DNA of 34,324 nucleotides, taken from the NCBI GenBank assembly GCA_943372905.1, contig CALSAT010000001.1:1-34324 (forward strand), written 5' to 3'. This document shows positions 26,377-34,324 of this stretch, piece after piece. The position numbers were made by a program, and so were the translations under genes. The DNA comes from Bacteroides fragilis. Its GTDB lineage: Bacteria > Bacteroidota > Bacteroidia > Chitinophagales > Chitinophagaceae. Within the stretch, counting starts at the first letter, position 1, and every line of letters starts with the position of its first letter. Under the pieces are notes generated by a model, which saw nothing but the letters and a program-made list of their open reading frames with translations, did not search any database and was not told the origin of the DNA.

Positions 26377-28233
26377 TCAGTTCGCCCGGCCAAGCATTTC
26401 CTCCACTTTCATCACCAGTTCTGTTTTGGTGATGGGTACCCCCATGATCTTATTATAACCTTTGGCATCCACAAAATAAACGTCGCGGATGATCTTGATC
26501 AATTGTCCATTGTTGATCTCAGGTATCAGCACCGTATCAAAGTTCTTGAGTATATCCCCCAGGTTTTTGGGAAACGGGCGGATGTAACGAAGGTGGGCAT
26601 GGCTTACCGCATGGCCTTTTGCCTGCAATTCCGCTACAGCAGATTTGATAGCACCATAGGTGGAGCCCCAGCCGAGTACTAATATCTTTCCCTTTTCAGG
26701 GCCGCTGTCTAATTTTTGTTCGGGTATGTAATCTGCTATCTTATCTACTTTTTCCTGGCGGATCTTTACCATTAACTGGTGGTTCTCCGGTTCGTAGTTC
26801 ACATTACCGGTAATGTTTTGCTTTTCCAATCCGCCGATGCGATGCTCCAGCCCCGGTGTGCCGGGTACCGCCCAGGGCCTGGCCAGTTTTTCATCCCGCA
26901 GGTAAGGTTGAAATTTATCTTCGCCGTGCCCTAACTCTGTTTTGAATTTTACAGGAATAGGCGCCAGGTCGGCCGACTGCGGATATTTCCACGGTTCAGC
27001 CCCATTGGCGATATAGCCATCACTTAAAAATATAACAGGTGTCATATGTTGTACAGATATCCTTACCGCTTCATATACAGCATCAAAACAATCACCCGGT
27101 GTACTCGCCGAAATGATGGGCATAGGGCATTCGCCGTTCCTGCCGTAGTACGCCTGCATCAGGTCGCTCTGTTCTGTTTTGGTTGGCAATCCTGTAGAAG
27201 GCCCACCTCTTTGGATATTAATAATAATCAATGGTATCTCCAGCATCACAGCCAGGCCCATCGCTTCACCCTTCAGCGCAATACCCGGACCGCTGGAAGT
27301 AGTTACGCCCAGCGAACCGCCATAAGCAGCGCCAATGGCTGATGTAATGGCCGCTATCTCATCTTCTGCCTGGAAAGTACGAACACCAAAATTTTTGTAC
27401 TTGCTCAGGTCATGTAAAATATCTGATGCAGGAGTGATGGGGTAAGAACCGAGGAATAACGGTAAACCGCTTTTTTGCGAAGCAGCAATTAATCCATATG
27501 CCACTGCCTGGTTACCCATAATGGAACGGTAAGAGCCGGGTTCCATTTTTGCTTTCTGAACAGAATAAGTTGTAGTAAACGTTTCAGTAGTATCTCCGTA
27601 ATTATAACCCGCCTGCAATACCTTGATATTGCTTTCCATGATATCGGGCTTCTTGCCAAATTTTTCCCTGATGAAGCTGATCGTGTTTTCCATGTCACGG
27701 TTGTACATCCAGTACAGGAAGCCGAGCACAAACATATTCTTGGCCCTGTCTTTCTCCTTCATCCCCATGGTAATGTCCTTCAATGCCTCACGGGTCATTT
27801 TGGTCACATCCATTTTAATCACTTCATAATTACCAAGGCTGCCATTCTCCAATGGATTCTCTCCTTCCGGATAGTTGGCCAGGCGCAGGTTCTTGGCATC
27901 GAAACCATCCGTGTTCACAATTATTTTCCCCCCTTTTTTCAGGGCGGTAAGGTTTACTTTCAGTGCTGCCGCATTCATGGCCACCAGCACATCGCAGGCA
28001 TCGCCGGGGGTAAAAATCCGGTCACTGGAAAAACGCAATTGATAGCCGCTCACACCAGGCAGGGTTCCTATCGGGGCCCTGATCTCTGCCGGGAAATCCG
28101 GGAACGTAGCGAGGTCTATACCGAGTAAAGCTGTGTTATTGGTAAACTGGCTGCCGGTCAGCTGCATTCCATCTCCACTATCGCCTGCAAATTTGATTAC
28201 CACATCTTGTAATACTTCCTGTTTTCTTGCCAT
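26377..28233 (-). CDS. korA: 2-oxoacid:acceptor (ferredoxin) oxidoreductase subunit alpha
   Basis: FAGDSGDGMQLTG, FPAEIRAP, SYPITPAS, QAEDEIAA, QRGGPSTGLPTKTEQSDL and GWGST. Confidence 0.96.
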   Translation of the reverse strand: MARKQEVLQDVVIKFAGDSGDGMQLTGSQFTNNTALLGIDLATFPDFPAEIRAPIGTLPGVSGYQLRFSSDRIFTPGDACDVLVAMNAAALKVNLTALKKGGKIIVNTDGFDAKNLRLANYPEGENPLENGSLGNYEVIKMDVTKMTREALKDITMGMKEKDRAKNMFVLGFLYWMYNRDMENTISFIREKFGKKPDIMESNIKVLQAGYNYGDTTETFTTTYSVQKAKMEPGSYRSIMGNQAVAYGLIAASQKSGLPLFLGSYPITPASDILHDLSKYKNFGVRTFQAEDEIAAITSAIGAAYGGSLGVTTSSGPGIALKGEAMGLAVMLEIPLIIINIQRGGPSTGLPTKTEQSDLMQAYYGRNGECPMPIISASTPGDCFDAVYEAVRISVQHMTPVIFLSDGYIANGAEPWKYPQSADLAPIPVKFKTELGHGEDKFQPYLRDEKLARPWAVPGTPGLEHRIGGLEKQNITGNVNYEPENHQLMVKIRQEKVDKIADYIPEQKLDSGPEKGKILVLGWGSTYGAIKSAVAELQAKGHAVSHAHLRYIRPFPKNLGDILKNFDTVLIPEINNGQLIKIIRDVYFVDAKGYNKIMGVPITKTELVMKVEEMLGRAN

Positions 28234-28251
28234 TGCGTTTAAGTTATTCTG

Positions 28252-28259
28252 CGAATTTA
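28252..28259 (-). promoter_or_regulatory. Candidate Bacteroidota -7 promoter element for korA
   Basis: Minus-strand TAAATTCG (one mismatch to TAnnTTTG), 18 bp upstream of the ATG. Confidence 0.4.
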
Positions 28260-28412
28260 TAACAAGTTATGCTTGGTTGATGCACTGATTTTCATCATTC
28301 CCCGTACTGACCAGCCTCGCTCTTCAAAGCCCGAATTATGAATTTCGGAAAAGGGCCGGACCCGCAACGAAATATCAGTAACTATTTTTATATTGGTGGA
28401 ATAATTATTTCT

Positions 28413-30353
28413 ATGAACAAGTCCCAAAAACTCTTCCTCGCCATCAGTATCCTCGTTCCATGTATGCTGCTGGCCCAGGCCGATGATGATATTTATGAAG
28501 CCAATCGCCTGAAGAAGGTTTTTCCTGACGACCGGGTGGCTGCCACCATCGTGGAAGAAGAATTCAATTTTGACAAGGGTAAAAGTGAGGATAAACTTCC
28601 TGTGGTAACGGCCCTTCGCAATACCGGCATCACCTTCCTCGCATTGAGGGAAAGAGCCAGTATCCAGTATTTTGATTTTTATAACTCATTTACCAAGATC
28701 ACTTCCTTCAAACAACTGGAGAAGGTGAAAGGGATGTTTGGCACCAAGAAAAATTACAACGTAGGATATGCCATTGACCGCTCAGCCAGCTCCAGTGAAA
28801 TATTTTCGGATGATAGCCGGGTAAAATATTTCAACATCGGCTTTACCGGATACGGAGATGTAACACGGGTGGAAACAGAGAAAAAATACCTCGACAGCAA
28901 ATACTTAACGGCTGTTTATTTTCATAGCTGGTTTCCCGCCAAAGAAAAGATCATTCGCTTCAAAGTACCCGACTGGCTGCAGGTGGATATTCGGGAATTC
29001 AACTTTGATGGATATAAAGTGGTAAAACAAAAGACCCAGGAAAAGGGCGCCACGATTTATTCCTTTAAGCTGCAAAACCTGCTGGCCATGAAAAATGAGC
29101 CCAGAGGCATCGGTGCAGCATATCAATACCCGCATGTGGTAGTAGTGGTAAAATCATTCAGCTATGATGGCAAAACAGAAAAAGGCTTTGGTGATGTGGG
29201 CGATCTCTACAACTGGTATAACTACCTCTATAAAAAATGTGTGAACAACCCCGATGAATTAAAAAACAAAGTAACCGAACTAACCAAAGGCAAAGCCACT
29301 GATATTGATAAAGTAAAATCCATCTTCTACTGGGTGCAGGATAATATACGCTACATCGCTTTTGAAGACGGGCTCGCCGGGTTTATTCCCGCCACAGCAC
29401 AGGAAGTGTACAAAGCCAAATATGGCGACTGTAAAGGCATGGCCAACCTGATGACAGAGATGCTGAAGCTGGCCGGGCTGGAAGCTTATATGACATGGAT
29501 CGGAACCCGCCATATCCCATATGATTATACCCTGCCATCGCTGGCGGTGGATAACCATTGCATCAGCACGGTAGTGCTGGGCGGAAAGGAATACTACCTG
29601 GATGGAACAGAAAAATATGTACCCTTTGGCGAATACGCATGGCGCATACAAGGCAAAGAGGTACTTATAGGTAAAGGCGATAAGTATGAAGTAAAAAAAG
29701 TGCCGGTACAGGATAAAGAAAAGAACAAGATCCTTACACAAACCACTTTCCAATTAAAGGATAATGTACTGAAAGGCCACGTAAAAGCCACCCTTACAGG
29801 AGAACAACGAACCAATTTTCACCAGTTCTATCATGATCTGCCAAATGATGATAAGAAAAAACTGATCCAGCGCTTCCTCGAGTTTGGTAATAAGAACCTC
29901 TTGGTATCAAATGTAAAAACATCCGACCTTAACAACCGGGAGATACCCGTAGTAGTGGAAGGTGATATTGACCTGACTAACTATGTGATCACGGAAGACA
30001 AAGAAATTTACCTGGGCATAGACTTTTATCCGGAAGACCTTCGTGGCTTAAACCCAGATAAAGACCGCCAGCAGGATTATGCCCTGCATTCCAGCTATGT
30101 GGCACAGGATGAAACGGAACTCGTACTCCCCGCCGGATACAAAGTGATGTCGTTGCCCGCCAGCATTACTGAAAAAGCAGATGATTATGAAGTGACTGGA
30201 TCATATACCAACAAAGACAATAAAGTGATCTTTAAAAAGATACTCGCCTTCAATACCGGCCGTATCCGTAAAGCCGATTTTGAGAACTGGAAAGCATTTA
30301 CCAGGAAGTTGAAGGATTTTAATAGTAACCTGATATTGATTAAAAAGCCATAA
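28413..30353 (+). CDS. DUF3857 + transglutaminase-like domain protein (intact Cys-His-Asp triad)
   Basis: ATG at 28413 gives a signal peptide; WVQDNIRYIAFEDG, YGDCKGMA, DNHCI and YLDGT; C-terminal LPAGYKV..LP domain. Confidence 0.9.
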   Translation: MNKSQKLFLAISILVPCMLLAQADDDIYEANRLKKVFPDDRVAATIVEEEFNFDKGKSEDKLPVVTALRNTGITFLALRERASIQYFDFYNSFTKITSFKQLEKVKGMFGTKKNYNVGYAIDRSASSSEIFSDDSRVKYFNIGFTGYGDVTRVETEKKYLDSKYLTAVYFHSWFPAKEKIIRFKVPDWLQVDIREFNFDGYKVVKQKTQEKGATIYSFKLQNLLAMKNEPRGIGAAYQYPHVVVVVKSFSYDGKTEKGFGDVGDLYNWYNYLYKKCVNNPDELKNKVTELTKGKATDIDKVKSIFYWVQDNIRYIAFEDGLAGFIPATAQEVYKAKYGDCKGMANLMTEMLKLAGLEAYMTWIGTRHIPYDYTLPSLAVDNHCISTVVLGGKEYYLDGTEKYVPFGEYAWRIQGKEVLIGKGDKYEVKKVPVQDKEKNKILTQTTFQLKDNVLKGHVKATLTGEQRTNFHQFYHDLPNDDKKKLIQRFLEFGNKNLLVSNVKTSDLNNREIPVVVEGDIDLTNYVITEDKEIYLGIDFYPEDLRGLNPDKDRQQDYALHSSYVAQDETELVLPAGYKVMSLPASITEKADDYEVTGSYTNKDNKVIFKKILAFNTGRIRKADFENWKAFTRKLKDFNSNLILIKKP

Positions 30354-30356
30354 GCA

Positions 30357-30854
30357 TTTCCCACAAAGGCGCTAAGCGCACAAAGGCTTTTTAATTAAAT
30401 CATAAAAATATGAAAGAAAATGAATTAGCGACCATTGCAGTAGATATATCCTTTAAGATTCACCAAGCTCTTGGACCCGGTCTGTTAGAAAGTGTTTACG
30501 AATCTGCCTTGCATACGAATTGGACAAGCGGATGATTCCTTTTACAAAACAAGAGCAAATTGATATTGTATACGAGGAGTAGTATTGGAAAAAAAGTTTC
30601 AGAGCTGATATAATCATGGACGATAAATTACTGATCGAGCTTAAATCAGTAGAAAGATTAGAAAAGGTTCATCATAAGATTACGTTGAGTTATATGCGGC
30701 TGGCAGGTATAAAACTGGGATTATTAATAAATTTTAATGTTGATCTTATCAAAGAAGGCATTCACAGGAAAATAAATGGAAATTTATACTAACTACACCT
30801 CTAAATATCTAAGGCTTGCAAACATCTTTGTGGCCTTTGAGCCTTTGTGGGAAA
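30357..30854. mobile_element. Putative small IR-bounded element carrying a GxxExxY gene
   Basis: The left end TTTCCCACAAAGGC-GCTAAGCG-CACAAAG (30357-30385) matches the reverse complement of the right end 30826-30854 (TTTCCCACAAAGGC-TCAAAGGC-CACAAAG). The outer 14 bp are perfect and 25/29 match overall. No target-site duplication seen. Confidence 0.6.
30410..30792 (+). pseudogene. GxxExxY (PD-(D/E)XK nuclease-like) pseudogene
   Basis: Missing from the ORF track. MKENELATIAVDISFKIHQALGPGLLESVYESA is followed by a frameshift near 30509. The second frame reads AYELDKR...YEE*(TAG 30580)...FRADIIMDDKLLIELKSVE...LGLLINFNVDLIKEGIHRKINGNLY* (TAA 30790-30792). Confidence 0.88.
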
Positions 30855-30868
30855 AAATAAAAAGTAAT

Positions 30869-33019
30869 ATGAAGAAGTTGTTTTTCACAATGATAATTAT
30901 AGTAGCCGGTTACTTTGCTTCTGCGCAAGACGACGACGATACTTTCTCGCCTTCGAAACTGGAAGCTATCGCCAAAAACATGAAACCCGTGTGGGAAGAT
31001 GGCGATGCTGATTTTAACACCAGTGCCGTACCGGAAAAATGGAAAGAAGAAAGCGGTATCATCATTGCACAAAAAACAAAGTTTGCGTTTGATAAAGATG
31101 CCAACAAACTGGCCGTGTATGAAATTACCCGGCGCCGCATCAAGATGAATGACCGGGATGCAGTAAACAACTATTCGTCTGTGTATTTCCGAATCGGTTC
31201 TTCCAATGATGGAGCTGGCATCAAGATCATAAAATCGAATGGCACCGTACAGGACGTATCGCTGCGCAATGCGGTTTATGTGGAAGATGCGTCGGATGTG
31301 CCCAGCACCTTTGCACCATATATAGGCAAGGCAAATACATACTATGATAAAAGCAAGAGCCGCATCATCTATTATAAATTAGCGGTCCCCGATCTTGATC
31401 CCGGTGATATTATTGATTACGCCACCATCTTCTACGATGATAATACCGTAAAGAAGATGAGTTATATCGAATTTGATCCCATTTACTTTGTTTGCACCCG
31501 GGAATATCCCGTCATCAGCCAGAAGTTTGAGATAGATACCGACAACAACTCATTTGTCAATTCCAAATCCACAATGGGGGCCCCGGTCTTTAAAGAAACC
31601 GGCAACTCCGCTGCTGAATATTCCTGGGAAGACCGTAACCGGGAAAAGATAAGCGACACCCGTTGGGTAAATCGATTCGTGGAATTACCGATGCTGAAAT
31701 TTCAAATTGTGTTCTCAAGAAGTGAGAACCGCTCCGACCTTTTTATTGGCGACAGGGGCGAACTGAAACAAAACATCAGTCCCGAAGAGCTGGCGAAAAA
31801 AATGAACAGCCTCTATAACAAACTGGATGGTTCCTACTATTACAGCATGGCCAAAGCCTACCTCAAGCAAATTGGCTATGCAGATATGAGGGAAGAAGAT
31901 TTTATTCAAAAGACCTATTATATCCTCCGCCACATGTCATTCTACCGGGTCAATGGTTTTTCCAGTGAATTGTTTGCTTCCTGCTTAACCCAATGTCTCG
32001 ATCTGCGCAAAGTACCCTACGAGCTGATCGTAACCACACCAGCCAACCTGACCAAACCGGAGAACATTATATTCCGCACCGAACCGGAATGGATGGTAAG
32101 AGTAAAAGGAAAATATATTTTCAACGCCACCATATTTTCTAACCCCTATGATTTCAAAGAAGAATTTTTGAACACCTCGGCTTTTATTATCTCATTAGGT
32201 AAAAATCCAACCGCCACACCCGTTACCCTGCCGGGCAGTACCCCTGATGATAATGTACTCACAAATACGGTTACTGCCTCCATAGATACTTCCGGCAGAA
32301 ACATGCTGGTGACCAACCAATCGGCAGTAACAGGCATGAGCAAACAGTTTTATAATACCCAGGGTCTGATCTATACCACCGCACTGGATGATGACCACCG
32401 CAGCTATGGTGGTGAAGATGATGTAAGGGCCAGCATGAAAGGAGCAATATTAGAAAGCTATGAAGACAAACTCCGGGAAAGAAAAAAAGAAGACAAGGTC
32501 AGGAAACTGGAATACATGAAGAAAGAACTGGGAGACGACTATGACAACGTAAGCGCTTACCATGAGTTTACACTCAACTCCGACGGACGCACCTGGCGCA
32601 AACAGGAACTCAATTATACCAGCAAATTTGAACTGGCCGACATGGTAAAAAAAGCCGGGGATAACCTGCTGGTATCCGTGCCGGCACTTATCGGCGATCA
32701 GTTATACATCTCACAGGATGACAGAAAGCGGGAAGTGGACGCCTTTATGAGTTTCCCCCGCAGCTATCGCAATGTTATCAACTTTACCATACCTGCCGGG
32801 TATAAAGTGGTGGGTATTCAAAACCTGAACATGAATATTGATAACGAGGCTGGCACATTTGCCGTACAGGCCACTGTCGAAGGCAACACACTTAACATAC
32901 TGACCAAAAAAGTATACAAACAGCAAACAGTAAAAACAGCCAACTGGAATAAACTGGTGGAAATGCTGGACGCTGCATTCAATTTTACACAGAAGAAAAT
33001 ACTATTAAAGAAACTTTGA
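30869..33019 (+). CDS. DUF3857-domain protein with a degenerate transglutaminase-like domain
   Basis: ATG at 30869 gives a signal peptide ending ASA-Q; KLAVPDLDPGDIIDY and FTIPAGYKV; no GDC/NH/LD triad motifs recognisable. Confidence 0.85.
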   Translation: MKKLFFTMIIIVAGYFASAQDDDDTFSPSKLEAIAKNMKPVWEDGDADFNTSAVPEKWKEESGIIIAQKTKFAFDKDANKLAVYEITRRRIKMNDRDAVNNYSSVYFRIGSSNDGAGIKIIKSNGTVQDVSLRNAVYVEDASDVPSTFAPYIGKANTYYDKSKSRIIYYKLAVPDLDPGDIIDYATIFYDDNTVKKMSYIEFDPIYFVCTREYPVISQKFEIDTDNNSFVNSKSTMGAPVFKETGNSAAEYSWEDRNREKISDTRWVNRFVELPMLKFQIVFSRSENRSDLFIGDRGELKQNISPEELAKKMNSLYNKLDGSYYYSMAKAYLKQIGYADMREEDFIQKTYYILRHMSFYRVNGFSSELFASCLTQCLDLRKVPYELIVTTPANLTKPENIIFRTEPEWMVRVKGKYIFNATIFSNPYDFKEEFLNTSAFIISLGKNPTATPVTLPGSTPDDNVLTNTVTASIDTSGRNMLVTNQSAVTGMSKQFYNTQGLIYTTALDDDHRSYGGEDDVRASMKGAILESYEDKLRERKKEDKVRKLEYMKKELGDDYDNVSAYHEFTLNSDGRTWRKQELNYTSKFELADMVKKAGDNLLVSVPALIGDQLYISQDDRKREVDAFMSFPRSYRNVINFTIPAGYKVVGIQNLNMNIDNEAGTFAVQATVEGNTLNILTKKVYKQQTVKTANWNKLVEMLDAAFNFTQKKILLKKL

Positions 33020-33156
33020 GCCGCTAATAGTTTCAATCCCAAAAAATGATTGCCTGTTTTTCAGGGGATTTGGGAATTCTTTAACCTGTCCCCACTTTGA
33101 AGCCTTTATCCGGCGCATTACTTTCATGGTGGAAATTAAAAAACCACCCCAACAAC

Positions 33157-34029
33157 ATGTCATTCCCCACCTCCGCCGATGAAGGCGAGCCCGGAAGCCT
33201 AACGGCCCGGTTCAGTTCATTTCTTTTCATTAGCTTAATTACCCTCTCGCTTTTTTCCTGCCGCCAGCAGGAAACAAAAACCCAAAAGCCCCAATCTGCT
33301 GATACGCTGATAAGCAAACCACCACCACCTCTGCCCAAGGATGCTATTGCTAAAAAGCCACTCCGCAAAAAAAAGATCTACCTCACCTTCGACGATGGCC
33401 CCAATAAAGGCACCGGCAATGTGCTGGCAGCCATCAAAGAAGAAAATATTGCGGTTAGCTTTTTTATTGTTGGCAAACATGTATTCGACAGTCCGCAGCA
33501 ACACGACAACTGGGAACTACTGAAAGCAGACACCACCATAGAACTCTGCAACCACAGCTACACCCATGCCCTGAATCGCTATACTAAGTTTTACCAGGAT
33601 CCTGCAGGTGTAGTAAAAGATTTTCAGCAAAGCCAGGAAAAACTGCAGTTTACTAACCAGGTGGCCCGTATGCCCGGCCGTAATGCCTGGCGAATTGATT
33701 CTATTCGGGTCACAGACATTAAAGAAAGCAGGGCAGCTATTGATTCTTTGCATCAGGCAGGCTTTGCTATCATGGGCTGGGACATAGAATGGAATTTTGA
33801 CCACAAAACAATGGCCCCTGATCCCGACACTGCATTACTGCTGCGCCGGATAAAAAATCTGTTAGATGCAGGCACCACACAAACACCCGGCCACCTGGTA
33901 TTGCTGGCACATGACCAGGCTTTTCAAAAACAACCAGATATTGAAACACTGCATGGCTTTATCCGGGAACTGAAAAACAATGAAGAGTATGAATTCGTAT
34001 TGGCAAGTAAATACCCCGGAGTAAAGTAG
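33157..34029 (+). CDS. Polysaccharide deacetylase (CE4/NodB) lipoprotein; start uncertain
   Basis: Lipobox LFSC; TFDDGP, NHSYTH, RMPG, GWDIEW and LLAHD. Confidence 0.88.
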   Translation: MSFPTSADEGEPGSLTARFSSFLFISLITLSLFSCRQQETKTQKPQSADTLISKPPPPLPKDAIAKKPLRKKKIYLTFDDGPNKGTGNVLAAIKEENIAVSFFIVGKHVFDSPQQHDNWELLKADTTIELCNHSYTHALNRYTKFYQDPAGVVKDFQQSQEKLQFTNQVARMPGRNAWRIDSIRVTDIKESRAAIDSLHQAGFAIMGWDIEWNFDHKTMAPDPDTALLLRRIKNLLDAGTTQTPGHLVLLAHDQAFQKQPDIETLHGFIRELKNNEEYEFVLASKYPGVK

Positions 34030-34250
34030 TACAGTTACGGGAAGGCAGCTTAGTCTAAAATACTTGAATTGTCGAAGCTTTGCTCAGTACCTGTTGAACA
34101 TATTCCCCGGCCTTTTAAGTGCTTCCTATTAAACAGCAAAAAAAAAGCAGGATTTGAATAACTGTTGCAAAAGCAGTCGCCCGAAGATTTCTGCAGGCAT
34201 TCTGTTTTGTCTAACTTAAAGGATTCGTTAACCACAAAACAAAACCAATT

Positions 34251-34324
34251 ATGAAAAAAATTCTTTTTGGAATTTCCGGATTCCTGATGCTGTCGTTCGC
34301 TGTTTCCTGTAAAAAAGCTGAAGT
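34251..34324 (+). CDS. 5' fragment of a lipoprotein gene (runs off the window)
   Basis: MKKILFGISGFLMLSFAVSC-KKAE, preceded by an A-rich leader. Confidence 0.7.
   Translation, partial: MKKILFGISGFLMLSFAVSCKKAE

Noticed and set aside
30580-30582. TAG read-through or recoding in the GxxExxY gene
   Set aside because: An upstream frameshift already breaks the gene, compensating indels explain the TAG, and TAG serves as a normal stop at 25773 and 34027.
33035-33078. Imperfect inverted repeat AATCCCAAA...GGGATTTGGGAATT after the second DUF3857 gene
   Set aside because: The pairing is short and ambiguous. I cannot tell whether it is a weak terminator, an element scar or chance.
2580-33804. Numerous 60-180 aa antisense or alternate-frame ORFs inside long genes
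   Set aside because: They are nested in well-supported CDSs and have no recognisable motifs.

Overview
Gene-dense window, probably from a Bacteroidota genome (Chitinophagaceae-like by inference from the T9SS CTD protein, lipoboxes, DUF3857 pair and no obvious Shine-Dalgarno sites). Four blocks: (1) 1-10.2 kb is a phosphate/nucleotide-signalling cluster. It has two divergent paralogous Omp85-type outer-membrane proteins that both carry an unannotated PI3K/HipA-like kinase motif set, one of them also with a purple-acid-phosphatase-type domain. It also has a membrane class III nucleotide cyclase with non-canonical base-specificity residues, a PAP2 phosphatase, an SdiA-regulated/YjiK-like lipoprotein and an HD + Pycsar-effector (PycTM/DUF5706) fusion. 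(2) 10.2-20.3 kb is a LytS/LytTR two-component pair divergent from five exported proteins: three lipoproteins, a GIGT-repeat fibre protein and a large M19-like amidohydrolase. The last two share a ~75-aa module. (3) 20.6-28.2 kb holds a T9SS SprB-like repeat protein, an exported Rid-family protein and an orphan korA. (4) 28.4-34.3 kb holds a DUF3857/transglutaminase pair split by a decayed GxxExxY gene with terminal inverted repeats, a polysaccharide deacetylase lipoprotein and a partial lipoprotein gene. I saw no rRNA, tRNA or CRISPR array. All family calls come from motif reading, not from database searches.
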